A DNA stretch of 64,000 nt from positions 74,361 to 138,360 of the forward strand of contig CAVPJO010000012.1 of the NCBI GenBank assembly GCA_963705425.1, given 5' to 3'. The notes beneath the pieces were generated by a model. The model did not search any database and was not told the DNA's origin. It was given only the letters and a program-made list of their open reading frames with translations. This DNA is from an uncultured Chloroflexia bacterium (lineage in GTDB: Bacteria; Chloroflexota; Limnocylindria; Limnocylindrales; CSP1-4). The translations under genes and the position numbers were made by a program. Within the stretch, counting starts at the first letter, position 1. Every line of letters begins with the position of its first letter. This document shows positions 38,804 through 48,735 of this stretch, piece after piece.

Positions 38804-39662
38804 GAGGTACTCCGCCAGCGCCTCCGGCCACGGCCGCATGACCACGCCGGCCTCGGCGGCGCGCGACGTGTCGAGCACGCCCCAGGGGGGCGGATCGGAG
38901 TGGCGTTCGAACTCGGCCAGCGTGATGGGTCGCAGCTCACGACCCGGGCGCCGCACGTCCAGGATCGCACGGGCCCACTCGAACCGCGAGGCCGAGCCGT
39001 CGTTGACCAGGTGGAAGATGCCGCCGTCGGTGCGCTCCACCAGCTGAAACAAGGCGCGCGCCAGGTCGAGCGTGTACGTCGGCGAGCCGATCTCGTCGCT
39101 GACCACGGTCAAGCGGTCCGGTCGGCGAAGCGATCGGACGCGGCGGTGATCTTCTCCGGGAAGTCGGCACCGGGCGGGCCGAAGAGCCAGGCCGTGCGCA
39201 CGATCCACAGGCCCCCGGCTCCGTCGTAGGCCTCCAGCGCCGCCTCCTCACCGGCGCGCTTGCTGCGGCCGTAGGGGTTGCGCGGGCCCGTCGCGTCGTC
39301 CTCGACGGTAGCCACGGCCATCGACGCGCTCGCCGTCGAAGACCTCGTTGGTGGAGATGAGCAGGAAGCCGGCGCCGGCGTCCCGGCAGGCTCGGGCGAT
39401 GGCGCCCACCGCCTCACCGTTGCGGCGCAAGCGCCACCCCGGGCTCCCGTGCGGCCTGGTCGACCGCGGTCATGGCCGCGGTGTGGATGACCAGCCGGGG
39501 GTGGTGCTGCCCCACCAGCGCTGCGCCGCTGGCCGGGTCGTCGAGGTCGAGGTCCGGGCGGTCCCAGCCTTCGATGGGGCCGGGTGCCGTGGCCATCAGC
39601 GCCCGACCCAGCCGGCCCTCGTGGCCGGAGATGACGATGCCGGGGCGCGTGGGGTCGATCAT
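38795..39662 (-). pseudogene. rfbD: dTDP-4-dehydrorhamnose reductase, disrupted by three frame changes
   Basis: Four collinear pieces in different frames. (1) MIDPTRPGIVISGHEGRLGRAL...VIHTAAMTAVDQAAREPG. (2) NGEAVGAIARACRDAGAGFLLISTNEVFDGERVDGRGY. (3) VEDDATGPRNPYGRSKRAGEEAALEAY..WIVRTAWLFGP. (4) DRLTVVSDEIGSPTYTLDLARAL...EALAEYLSA. Junctions near 39423, 39310 and 39119. The last coincides with a CGGTC-CGGTC tandem duplication at 39114-39123. Confidence 0.85.
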
Positions 39663-39684
39663 CGGCGTCGCTGCTCACGCGGGC

Positions 39685-40276
39685 TCAGCTGCCAGCTTCG
39701 TAGCGGAAGTGCTGCGCCTCCGGCCGGGCCAGCCATTCGGCGAACGACTGGGCCGAAGCCGTCGCGAGCCGAGAGGATGGGCTCCTTGATGGGCCAGTCG
39801 ATGCCGATGTCCGGGTCGTTCCAGGCGACGCCCGATTCGGCGAGCGCCGTTGTAGGTGCCGGTGGTGAGGTACTCGACATCGGCGACGTCCGAGAGCGTG
39901 GCAGAAGCCGCGCGCGAACGAGGCCGGCGCCCACAGCTGCAGGTGGTTCTCGTCGCTGGCGACGATCGATTCGTAGCGCCCGAGCGTGGGCGAGCCGGGC
40001 CGGATGTCGACGGCCACGATGAAGGCCTCGCCGACGCGCCACGCGCATGAGCTTGCCCATCGGTGGCTCCCACTGGAAGTGCAGGCCGCGGGTCACGCCC
40101 CGCGCGCTGCGGCTGTGGTTGAGCTGCACGAACGAGCTGGGCAGCCCCAGCTCGGCGTACTCGGCGAAGTGGTCGGCCCGGAAGACCTCCATGAAGAAGC
40201 CGCGCTCGTCCTGGAACGTCTCGTGCTCGACGATGAGCACCTCGGGGATGGTCGTACGGCGAACGGACATCTTCAT
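39685..40276 (-). pseudogene. rfbC: dTDP-4-dehydrorhamnose 3,5-epimerase, disrupted by four frame changes
   Basis: Five pieces. (1) MKMSVRRTTIPEVLIVEHETFQDERGFFMEVF...RGLHFQWEPPMGKLMRVA. (2) GEAFIVAVDIRPGSPTLGRYESIVASDENHLQLWAPASFARGFC. (3) TLSDVADVEYLTTGTYNG. (4) AESGVAWNDPDIGIDWPIKEPILSARDGFG. (5) SFAEWLARPEAQHFRYEAGS. Junctions near 40034, 39900, 39845 and 39750. Each needs removal of one base. Confidence 0.85.
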
Positions 40277-40515
40277 GGCAACAACGATCGCGGAGCCTCT
40301 TTGTGCCATGTCGCTTCTCGCTTGACCATTCGGCAGACCCTCGGGGTCGGCAGGTTCGGCTTCCGGCCGAGCCTGCGAGTGGCTGATCGGTGACGTCCGC
40401 CAGCATACCCGCGCCGATGACTGGATGGGACGGCCGACGCATCCGCTTCGAGGCTGACTTCGAGCAGGACATGACACTCTGGATCGTATGCGAGCTCGCT
40501 GCGTAGCAGACGGCG

Positions 40516-41259
40516 TCAGTCCTCGGTGGGGAGCCCAGGCCCACCTTTCTCCGCGGCCATCACGGCTGCTTCCAGGAGCGCCTCGATGGTGCCCGCATCT
40601 GCCCAATCCCCCTGATAGTGGGCCGCGAAGAGCCCACCCGAGCCGACGTAGTGGTTGAGGACGTCGGTGATCTCGAACTCACCGCGACCTGACGGTGAGA
40701 GGTGCTCGATGACTCCGAACGCATCGGGCCGCAGGAAGTAGACGCCGATCGGGATGGAATCGCTCTTGGGTTCGTCCGGCTTCTCCTCGAAGCCGACGAC
40801 GTTGCCGTCATCGTCGAACTCGGCCACGCCGAAGCGCTGCGGGTCCGGGACCTTGTACAGGAGCGTGCCGCCGCCGCACTCGCTGGCCTCGAACTCCTGG
40901 GCGATGTCAGCCAGTGGCTCACCGAGCAGGATGTTGTCACCGAGGACCACGCAGAAGCTGTGGTCACCCACGAAATCGCGCGTCAAGCCGATGGCGTGGG
41001 CGATGCCCAGCGAGCCACGCTGATAGCGATAGGTGAGGTCGAGGCCGAAATCGTTCCCGTCGGAAAGGAGCTCCACGATGTCGCCGATACTCCGCCCGCC
41101 GAGGATGACCATGACCTCGCGGATGCCCATGCTGGCCAGGGTCTGGAGCGGGAAGTAGATCATGGGCCGATCGTGCACCGGCATGAGGTGCTTGTTGGTG
41201 ACTTGGGTCAGGGGGAACAGGCGCGACCCCGTTCCGCCCGCGAGGACGACGCCCTTCAG
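40516..41259 (-). CDS. rfbA: Glucose-1-phosphate thymidylyltransferase
   Basis: ORF 40516..41184 starts only at MPVHDRPMIYFPL. The same frame continues upstream as KGVVLAGGTGSRLFPLTQVTNKHL (the G-A-G-G-x-G-[ST]-R-L motif). The codon before K is CTG (41257-41259) with GGAGGG 7 nt upstream, and there is no in-frame ATG/GTG/TTG. Confidence 0.85.
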   Translation of the reverse strand: MKGVVLAGGTGSRLFPLTQVTNKHLMPVHDRPMIYFPLQTLASMGIREVMVILGGRSIGDIVELLSDGNDFGLDLTYRYQRGSLGIAHAIGLTRDFVGDHSFCVVLGDNILLGEPLADIAQEFEASECGGGTLLYKVPDPQRFGVAEFDDDGNVVGFEEKPDEPKSDSIPIGVYFLRPDAFGVIEHLSPSGRGEFEITDVLNHYVGSGGLFAAHYQGDWADAGTIEALLEAAVMAAEKGGPGLPTED

Positions 41260-41544
41260 TGGACAACCCTCCGATGTGTTCGAGTAGGCTCATCGGATGG
41301 TAGTCGACACGAGTCGTGACGATGCGAGCATCACCGCACGAGGGGCTCAGGGCAGGCTGAGTGTCCCTTGCTGCGCTACCACTCAGCAACGCTCCACGAT
41401 CTCGGACTCCAAGTGCTAGGAGTCGAGAGCTGCGTGACCTTCAGTGAGACGATGATGCTCCATCGAAGGCGCGGTGGCGCGCACGCTTGAAGCGATCCGC
41501 CATCCTGAACCACGAACATGGGACTCTGCAGAGGGGAGACAGCG

Positions 41545-42312
41545 GTGGATCTGGAGCTGAAGGGCAAACGTGCACTGGTGGGGGGTGGCAGCTCCGGCAT
41601 CGGGGCCGGCATCTCCAGGGTGATCGCGGCGGAGGGCGCTCGAGTCGCGATCGTGGGTCGAACCTGGGAACGCCTGCAGGCGGCGGCGATCGACATCGAC
41701 GCGGCCACCGTGGTGGCGGATCTCTCCACGCCGGACGGCCCCGCATCGGCCGTCGAGTCGGCCGTCGATCAGCTCGGTGGTCTGGACCTGCTCGTGGTCA
41801 ACTCCGGCGGTCCGCCCGCGGGGACGTTCGAAGCGCTTGGCGAGGACGAATGGGCCCGCGCCATCGCAGGCACCCTGCAGTCGACCCTGCGGCTCATCCG
41901 CTCAGCGCTCCCGCATCTGCGCGAGGGGAGCGACCCGGCCATCGTCATCAACCTCAGCTCGTCCGTTCGTGAACCGATTCCCGGCTTGACCACCAGCAAC
42001 GTGTTGCGACCCGGCCTGGCTGGCCTCATCAAGAACCTGAGCTTCGAGATCGCGCCCATCCGCATCAACGGCGTGGCTCCCGGCCGTTTCGCGACCGATC
42101 GCGTTCGTCAGCTCGATGCCGCGCGGTCCGAGTCCAGCGGACTCAGCATCGCTGAGGTCCAGCGCCAGACCAAGGCCAAGATCCCGCTCGGTCGCTACGG
42201 CGACACCGCGGAGATCGGTCGCGTCGCTGCGTTCTTGCTTTCGCCGGCGGCCTCGTATGTGACTGGCGCGATCGTGCCCGTCGATGGCGGCATGGTCCGC
42301 GCACTTCCCTAG
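41545..42312 (+). CDS. Short-chain dehydrogenase/reductase (SDR)
   Basis: Frame of ORF 41518..42312. LKGKRALVGGGSSGIGAGIS (TGxxxGxG-type) and NSGGPP. GGGGAG precedes GTG 41545. Confidence 0.8.
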   Translation: MDLELKGKRALVGGGSSGIGAGISRVIAAEGARVAIVGRTWERLQAAAIDIDAATVVADLSTPDGPASAVESAVDQLGGLDLLVVNSGGPPAGTFEALGEDEWARAIAGTLQSTLRLIRSALPHLREGSDPAIVINLSSSVREPIPGLTTSNVLRPGLAGLIKNLSFEIAPIRINGVAPGRFATDRVRQLDAARSESSGLSIAEVQRQTKAKIPLGRYGDTAEIGRVAAFLLSPAASYVTGAIVPVDGGMVRALP

Positions 42313-42338
42313 TCCATCGTCCACTCCAGGGGGTATCC

Positions 42339-43241
42339 ATGCAAGGTATCTACAACATCGTGCCCACGCCCTTCGACGAGTCGGGCGCCGTCGACGGGAC
42401 CAGCCTGCGTCGCCTCATCGACTTCGTCATCGGCACCGGCGTGGACGGTCTGACCATCCTTGGCTTCCTCGGTGAGGCCGCCAAGCTCTCCGAATCAGAG
42501 CGCTCACAGGTCATCGACATCACCGTGGCCACGGCCGATGGGCGCTTGCCCGTGGTCGTCGGCGCGACCGCTCCGGCCACCGACCCGAGCGTGGCCTTTG
42601 CCCGCGATGCCGTGTCGCGTGGTGCCGCCGGCCTGCTGGTCGCTCCGCCACGCATGGCCCGGCCCAACGAGGTCGCGGTGCAGCGTCACTACCAGGTGCT
42701 GGCCGAGGCGGTCGATGTGCCCATCGTGGTGCAGGACTTCCCGACCAGCTCGGGCGTGTTCATGACCCCGGCCTTCATCGGGCGCCTGGCCACCGAGGTG
42801 CCGTCATGCCGCTACCTGAAGCTCGAGGACGATCCCACCGCGCAGAAGGTCACGGCCATCCTGGCGGTCAAGCCCGACATCGCCATCTTCGGCGGCCTCG
42901 GCGGCAACTTCATGCTCGAGGAGCTGCAGCGTGGCGCCGTCGGCATGATGACCGGCTTCGGCTTCCCGGAGATCTTCGTCTCGATCTATCGCGCCTTCCG
43001 TACCGGCGAGGTCGAGCGGGCGCGCGACACGTTCTACCGCTACCTGCCGCTCATCCGCTACGAGAACCAGCCCGGGCTGAACCTGCCGCTGCGCAAGCTC
43101 ATCTACACCAAGCGCGGGGCCATGGACCACGCCGCGCCGCGCCGGCCGTATCCGCCGCTCGACGAGGTGACTCCCGTCGAGCTCGAGGCGATCCTCGAAC
43201 ACCTGGGCCTGACCGTGCCGGGACCCGTCACCATCGGGTAG
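42339..43241 (+). CDS. Dihydrodipicolinate synthase/N-acetylneuraminate lyase family (DapA-like) aldolase
   Basis: GIYNIVPTPFDESGAVDGTSLRRLIDFVIGTGVDGLTILGFLGEAAKLSESER is typical of the class I aldolase DapA family N-terminus. Confidence 0.7.
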   Translation: MQGIYNIVPTPFDESGAVDGTSLRRLIDFVIGTGVDGLTILGFLGEAAKLSESERSQVIDITVATADGRLPVVVGATAPATDPSVAFARDAVSRGAAGLLVAPPRMARPNEVAVQRHYQVLAEAVDVPIVVQDFPTSSGVFMTPAFIGRLATEVPSCRYLKLEDDPTAQKVTAILAVKPDIAIFGGLGGNFMLEELQRGAVGMMTGFGFPEIFVSIYRAFRTGEVERARDTFYRYLPLIRYENQPGLNLPLRKLIYTKRGAMDHAAPRRPYPPLDEVTPVELEAILEHLGLTVPGPVTIG

Positions 43242-43740
43242 CGGAGCGAACCGACGGGTGCGCTGGCTGTCGTTCCCGGGCTTCGTGGGACAGCGGTCCT
43301 CGCGACTTGGCGTCTGGTCATCCGACGCCCGCAGTGGAGAGCCCAACGACCGCGGGCCTCGTCACCCGCCAAGGGTGAGGTCGCCGTCGCGGTCTGGGAG
43401 CTGGTCGCGCCACCCTTGCCGCCTCGCGATGGTCTTGCCCAGCGGCCCGCTCATCAGGCCCGGCCAGCGGGCCCGGTCTGTGCAGCCCACGAGCGAACTC
43501 GACCGACGTGACGTGACTCCACCGAACCCAGGGCAGCAGGGTCTCCATCAAACCCACTACGACTCATGTCCAGCACGTCGCGTTGGCTCTCCCTGTGAGC
43601 AGCGTGGCCCGCGATGATGTCTCACCAGCCTCAGCAACTACATCTAGCTGAACGACATCCAGCGCGTGAGGGAGGGACCGTGGTCGTGAGCCGGATGGCA
43701 CTTGGCCAGGACCGGCGGAACTCCTAGCCTCTTCAGGCCG

Positions 43741-44502
43741 ATGCCGCACCGTCGTGGCCCGCTGCTCCTGCTCAGCGCCCTTCTGCTGCTTCCGGCCGCC
43801 CCGGCGTCCGCCTCTGAGGCGCCGCGCTACCAGACCGCGCTCTTGCCCGGCTTGCCCATGCGCTTCGAGGTCGTGGGCGATGGACAGCGACTCCTTGGCT
43901 ATCGCGTGGGCACGTCCGCCCGCGAGTGGCAGCTCCCGGCGGGCGATGCCGTGCTCGTCGATGAGCGGTGGTGGACCCCGCTGCGGCCGCTGGAAGCGGT
44001 GGCCGGACCGGTGCCGGGGCCGGCCACGATGGAGGCCGTCCGCGCCATGGTCGCCCCCGCGGCGACCCGTCGGCTGCCCGACCGGCTCAGCGCGTTCGCC
44101 CTTGGCGACGTCACGCTCGACGGCGCGGAGGACCTCGTCGTCTCGTTCCGCCGGCCCTTCAAGCGCAATCTCATCAACGTCACCCGGCCGCGCCGAGCCT
44201 GGGCCGATGCGTACGGCCTCAGCGCGCACCTCGGCCTCTTCCGGCCTGCTGACCTCACCTCGATCTGGGTGGCGGGCACGCTGGTTCGCCCGGTGACCGC
44301 GGTAGCTGCCTGCAACGGCGCCCTCGCGGTGGCCTACGGCAGGCTCGACGAGCCAGGCACCTTCGAGACCGGGGCCTGGCGCTGGGTCGTCTTCGGGTTC
44401 CTGCCGGTCGATCCCCTCCCGGGACCGGGCACCCCTGTTTGTGTCGACATCGATGGCGACGGCCGGACCGAACCGGCCATCACGGGAAGGAGCGTTCCAT
44501 GA
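43741..44502 (+). CDS. Secreted hypothetical protein with a C-terminal FG-GAP/VCBS-like Ca-binding motif
   Basis: Frame of ORF 43702..44502. Signal peptide MPHRRGPLLLLSALLLLPAAPASA. VCVDIDGDGRTEPAI near the C-terminus. The stop overlaps the next gene's ATG (ATGA). Confidence 0.5.
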   Translation: MPHRRGPLLLLSALLLLPAAPASASEAPRYQTALLPGLPMRFEVVGDGQRLLGYRVGTSAREWQLPAGDAVLVDERWWTPLRPLEAVAGPVPGPATMEAVRAMVAPAATRRLPDRLSAFALGDVTLDGAEDLVVSFRRPFKRNLINVTRPRRAWADAYGLSAHLGLFRPADLTSIWVAGTLVRPVTAVAACNGALAVAYGRLDEPGTFETGAWRWVVFGFLPVDPLPGPGTPVCVDIDGDGRTEPAITGRSVP

Positions 44503-46622
44503 AACGGACAAGGCCTCAGCTGCGGTATCTGCTGGCCATGGTGCTCATGGCCACGTTGGTGGCCGTCGGTGTTCCGGCTCGGGCAGCGGACGATCTGCCC
44601 GCCGTGGACTCCGGCTTCGGCGACTACGCCCTGGTCCCCATGCTGGGCGACGAGGCCGCGTACGCGGGCCCCGTGACCCCCACTTCGCTTGACGAGGTGA
44701 CGCTCACCGACCAGGTCGAGGAGCTGCTCGGCCCTGAGGCACGGGCAAAGATGGCCGAGCAGGGCTTCGTCATCGTGCCCGAGGAGTTCCGGCTCTTCCA
44801 TCATGCGTATGACGAGCAGTTCTACGCGGGCACACCGGTCTTCGTGACCACCGATGCCGCCTACCACGCCTGGCACCAGGTCTTCGACAAGACCCTCCGC
44901 GACCTCGAGACGAGGAAGCTCACGCCGGCCCTGGCATCGTTGCTGAAGGGCATGGGCAAGCATGCGGTCGCGCAGCAGCAAGCCCTCACGGGCACCGAGC
45001 TGGAGGATGACGCCGCCCGCGTGGTCGACCTCCTTGCCGTGGCCGCCGCCGAGCTGGGCCCGAAGTCGGGCAAGCTGACCAGGCGCGCCAAGGCGGAGAA
45101 GGCGCTCATCGATGAGCACTCGGCATCGACCGAGTCTCCCATCCTGGGCACCGAGACCGACTACTCGCTGTTCACCCCGCGCGGTCACTACACGCGCACC
45201 AAGGCGCTGACGCGTTACTTCGTGGCCATGTCCGTGCTCGGTCAGCACGCGTTTCGCCTGCCCGGCTCGGTCCAGACCGACGCGACCATCGTGCAGGACA
45301 CCGACAACCTGCGCCTCGCGCTGCTGGCCTCGCGCACGTTGGTCGGGCATCCCAGGCTGGAAGCGTTGTGGCGTGACATCTTCGAGCCGACCGCTTTCCT
45401 GGTCGGTGTCTCCGATGACTACACGCCCTTCGAGCTGGCCGCAGCCGTGGAGGCCACGGTCCCCGGGGGCATGGACGACCCGCTAGCCGCCGCGCAACCC
45501 GACGTGCTCCTTGGTATCGCCGACACCCTGATCACCACGCGGCCGGTGCGCATCGATCCCGAGCGGCCATCGGTCCGGCTGATGGGCACGCGTTTCGTCA
45601 TCGACTCCTGGATCTACGACCAGCTCATCGCCCCCAACGTGAGCGAGCCCCCTGATCTGCGGGTCTTGGCCTCGCCACTCGACCTGGCCGCCGCCTTCGG
45701 CTCCGAGTTCGCGCTGGCCATCCAGGACGAGGCCGGGCAGACGGCATACCTGCACTACCCCGAGCAGATGGCGGCTATGCAGGCAGCCCTGGCGGCCCGG
45801 CCCGACGAGGCCTGGGGCCAGACGGTCTACGACGCCTGGTTGGCCGCAGTCGAGCCCATGTGGCTGCCACACGGCGCCGCCTTCCCGGACTTCATGCAGA
45901 CCGACGCCTGGAAGGCCAAGGCTCAGCAGGCGGGCTTCGGTTCCTATGCCGAACTCAGGCATGACACCATCCTCTATACCAAGCAGTTCGTCGGTGAGAT
46001 GGGCGACGTGGCGGTTGACCTGCCCAGGGTGCGCAACTGGGTGGAGCCGGATCCGGTGGCGTTCCAGCGGCTTTCGGCCATGGCCACGCTGACGCGTGAC
46101 GGCCTGGCTGCACGGGAGCTGCTGCCCAAGGAGGACCGGCGCTTGCTGGACGACTACATCGAGTTCGTGGATCGCCTCGCGGTGCTCGCGGCCGACGAGC
46201 TGGCCGGGGAGCCCATCGAGCAGGGTGAAGGTCAGCAGAAGTGGTGGAAGGCCGACAACGAGTGGCTGCGCACCATCGGCGGCGTGCTAGAGGGCTTCTG
46301 GTGGCGTAGCGGCGACCAGGTCAGGACGTCCCACCCCATCCGTGATGACGATGCCGCGATCATCGCCGACATCGGGCGCGGCATCGACCTTGAGAAGGGC
46401 ATCGACGAGGTGCTCGAGATCGGCACCGGGCGCATCGACCGCATCTTCGTCATCGTGCCCGACGACGAGGGCGAGTTCCACGTGGCTACTGGCGGGGTCT
46501 ACTCGTACTACGAGTTCCCCTGGCCGACGTCGGACCGCCTCTCCGACGAGCAGTGGTGGCAGATGCTGAGGAGAGGTGAGGCTCCAGCCCGGCCGGCCTG
46601 GCAGGATCCGCTCTTCCCGTAG
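44499..46622 (+). CDS. Large secreted hypothetical protein (possibly DUF3160 family)
   Basis: Frame of ORF 44439..46622. Signal peptide MKRTRPQLRYLLAMVLMATLVAVGVPARA. Good coding periodicity. The family name comes from memory of motifs such as FTPRGHYT and is unverified. Confidence 0.55.
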   Translation: MKRTRPQLRYLLAMVLMATLVAVGVPARAADDLPAVDSGFGDYALVPMLGDEAAYAGPVTPTSLDEVTLTDQVEELLGPEARAKMAEQGFVIVPEEFRLFHHAYDEQFYAGTPVFVTTDAAYHAWHQVFDKTLRDLETRKLTPALASLLKGMGKHAVAQQQALTGTELEDDAARVVDLLAVAAAELGPKSGKLTRRAKAEKALIDEHSASTESPILGTETDYSLFTPRGHYTRTKALTRYFVAMSVLGQHAFRLPGSVQTDATIVQDTDNLRLALLASRTLVGHPRLEALWRDIFEPTAFLVGVSDDYTPFELAAAVEATVPGGMDDPLAAAQPDVLLGIADTLITTRPVRIDPERPSVRLMGTRFVIDSWIYDQLIAPNVSEPPDLRVLASPLDLAAAFGSEFALAIQDEAGQTAYLHYPEQMAAMQAALAARPDEAWGQTVYDAWLAAVEPMWLPHGAAFPDFMQTDAWKAKAQQAGFGSYAELRHDTILYTKQFVGEMGDVAVDLPRVRNWVEPDPVAFQRLSAMATLTRDGLAARELLPKEDRRLLDDYIEFVDRLAVLAADELAGEPIEQGEGQQKWWKADNEWLRTIGGVLEGFWWRSGDQVRTSHPIRDDDAAIIADIGRGIDLEKGIDEVLEIGTGRIDRIFVIVPDDEGEFHVATGGVYSYYEFPWPTSDRLSDEQWWQMLRRGEAPARPAWQDPLFP

Positions 46623-46696
46623 GCGATCGTCCCGTAGGCCCTCGGCGTGCCCGTGCTGGGTGCACAGCCGGGGAACCGTACCTCTGCAGTAGGGCC

Positions 46697-48343
46697 TCAG
46701 CTCGTGGCGATGCGTCTCTGTTTGATGCGGCCGGCGTCGGCGGCGAAGGGCCCGCTGCCCAGCTCGTAGGTCTCGACGATGGGCATCATGGCCTCCGGGT
46801 ATTCATCGAGCGAGGTGCGATAGTCGCGGCTGAGCGAGGCGATGCCGTCGCGGATGCGTTCGGCGTGATCGGTTCGCCAGGCGGCGTCGACGGTCACGCC
46901 ATCGTTCAGCTCGAGCAGCACACCGGGCCGTGGTGTCTGCCCCTCGTCGTGAACGACCGCCAGCTGGAACGAGCGGACCGCGGCGGCCATGGCCGGCTCG
47001 CCGTAGATGGTGGCCTCGACGTCCTCGGGATAGATGTTGGCACCCATGATGCTGATAGTGGCGTCGCGGCGCCCGAAGATCCACAGGAAGGGGAGCGGCA
47101 CCGGGTCGGTCCAGGGCAGCGGACCACGTGGCCCGTAGACGGCGGGGTCACGGCCCAGCCGGCCCAGGTCATGGCCATGGACCTTGAGCAGTCGGCGCAC
47201 GCGGTGGTACCTCGCGAGTCCGCCCTCGTCGTGGACGTTGTAGCGGATGCGTGGGGCCAGCGGGTCCAGTCGGCTGACCGTGGCCACCACTTCCGAGGCC
47301 GCGTTCACCTCCATGTAGTGGATGAGCGGGTTGTACTGGAAGACCATCGGCAGCCGTGAGCGATCGCCGAAGAGGGCGGCCCGGATCTCCGGGTCGGCGC
47401 GAGCCAGGCGTCTGACGGCCACGCTTACCGGCGTCTCGGCCGCCATACCCACCTCGAGGTCGGTCGCTCCGTAGCCGGAGTAGACCGACGCGAAGCGTTG
47501 CAGCAGGTAGTCACGCAGTCCTTCGGCCATGCCCTCGCCGCCGACGAGGCCGTGGAGCTCGTACTCCTCCCAGGGGAATCCGCTGGCATCGCCGACGTCC
47601 AGCATCAGCTTGAGGAACGGCGGGTAGCCGCAGATGGTGAAGCGGTAGCTGGGACCCAGCAGCCGCAGCGTCGAGAAGATCTTGTCCAGATCGGGCCCGG
47701 TGGACTTGACGATGCCGTGGCGGTTCATGCCCTGTGCGGTGTTGATGCCCGCGGCCCAGGCGCCCATCGAGAAGGCGTTGATGGTCACCAGCGGCTCGCC
47801 CCCGAAGATATACCGCGCGAAGAAGCCGATGTTCCGATGGGCGATGCCGCGCTCGCGCTGGCCCCGGACCCAGTCGTAGGGCCGGCCGGTCGAGCCGCTC
47901 GATTCATCGATGGTGGTACCGACGAAGGTGAGGCGCCCGTCGACGCAGCGATCCTCCATCGAGTAGCGGTCGATGTAGCTGGACTTGTCCGTCTCGGGCA
48001 ACGTGTTCAGGATGCCCAGCGGCCAGGCGGTGTCGGCGTGGATGCCATGCTCGCGCAGCATGCGTCGGTAGGCCGGGACCCGGCGGATGGCGCGGAAGGC
48101 AGCCCGTTCGGCGCGGAGCCTACCCAGGAACTCGAGCGCGCCCGGGGGGACGTAGCTGAACAGTGCCCTGAGCCAGGCGTAGCGCAGACCGAAGACCCGG
48201 AAGGCCACGTCCAACGGGAACAGCCAGACGGCCCGCAGATACCCGCCCAGCGCTGGCGATGTCAGGGCCGCGGGGATCCTCGATGCGCGTCTCGCGTTCG
48301 ATCCCTGGTTCCTGACTTGCGGTCGCATCATCTGCTCCCTCAT
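46697..48343 (-). CDS. PaaK/coenzyme-F390-synthetase-like adenylate-forming enzyme
   Basis: DESSGSTGRPYDW (the P-loop-like SSG[ST]TG[KR]P of the phenylacetate-CoA ligase clade), overall length, and C-terminal NIYPEDVE. Confidence 0.6.
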   Translation of the reverse strand: MREQMMRPQVRNQGSNARRASRIPAALTSPALGGYLRAVWLFPLDVAFRVFGLRYAWLRALFSYVPPGALEFLGRLRAERAAFRAIRRVPAYRRMLREHGIHADTAWPLGILNTLPETDKSSYIDRYSMEDRCVDGRLTFVGTTIDESSGSTGRPYDWVRGQRERGIAHRNIGFFARYIFGGEPLVTINAFSMGAWAAGINTAQGMNRHGIVKSTGPDLDKIFSTLRLLGPSYRFTICGYPPFLKLMLDVGDASGFPWEEYELHGLVGGEGMAEGLRDYLLQRFASVYSGYGATDLEVGMAAETPVSVAVRRLARADPEIRAALFGDRSRLPMVFQYNPLIHYMEVNAASEVVATVSRLDPLAPRIRYNVHDEGGLARYHRVRRLLKVHGHDLGRLGRDPAVYGPRGPLPWTDPVPLPFLWIFGRRDATISIMGANIYPEDVEATIYGEPAMAAAVRSFQLAVVHDEGQTPRPGVLLELNDGVTVDAAWRTDHAERIRDGIASLSRDYRTSLDEYPEAMMPIVETYELGSGPFAADAGRIKQRRIATS

Positions 48344-48666
48344 CCGGCTACCAGCATGGTCGTCCTTTCATGTGCCAGGTCAAGTGTCGGACGGCCTGCC
48401 ATCCGAGCCGAGCGTGCGACCACTCCGTGGACTTGGCCCAGATGGCCGGAATCCCACGTAGAGCGAACAGAACCCTGGGAGCTGACGACTTCCCGCCGCT
48501 TGTGATGGCCAGTCGCAGTCAGCCCGGGGACGTTTCAGTCACGAACAGTGACTGGCCTGTGCCCACAGGTGCCTCGAATGTGGGCCCAACCGCGTCGGGA
48601 GCCGCCGATCGCGCGCGACAGCCTGGTGATCCGGCCGGATCTGTTCGGTCTATGTGGCAAGTCGGG

Positions 48667-48735
48667 CAGCGAGGGCGGCGGCGGGTCAGCAGCGAGGGCG
48701 GCGGCGACCGGTCATTGGCGGCGACCGGTCATTGG
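48667..48735. repeat. Two adjacent short tandem duplications in an intergenic region
   Basis: CAGCGAGGGCGGCGGCG occurs at 48667-48683 and 48690-48706 (period 23). CGGCGACCGGTCATTGG is an exact tandem pair at 48702-48718 and 48719-48735. Confidence 0.9.

Noticed and set aside
40277-40515. 239-nt gap between rfbA and rfbC examined for another decayed gene or RNA.
   Set aside because: None of the six frames gives a recognisable peptide and I saw no strong secondary structure. It was left unannotated.
43318-43557. Minus-strand ORF beginning METLLPWVRWSHVTSVEF considered as a transposase or integrase remnant (IS3-like xxWxxDxTY motif).
   Set aside because: The match is only a few residues. The rest of the ORF is low-complexity Arg/Pro sequence. 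No inverted repeats or second IS reading frame are nearby.
38761-48735. Short tandem repeats (17-mers at 38761 and 48702, period-23 repeat at 48667, 9-mers at 13108) considered as a possible CRISPR array.
   Set aside because: They have only 2-3 contiguous copies with no unique spacers, units far shorter than CRISPR repeats, and no cas genes in the window.
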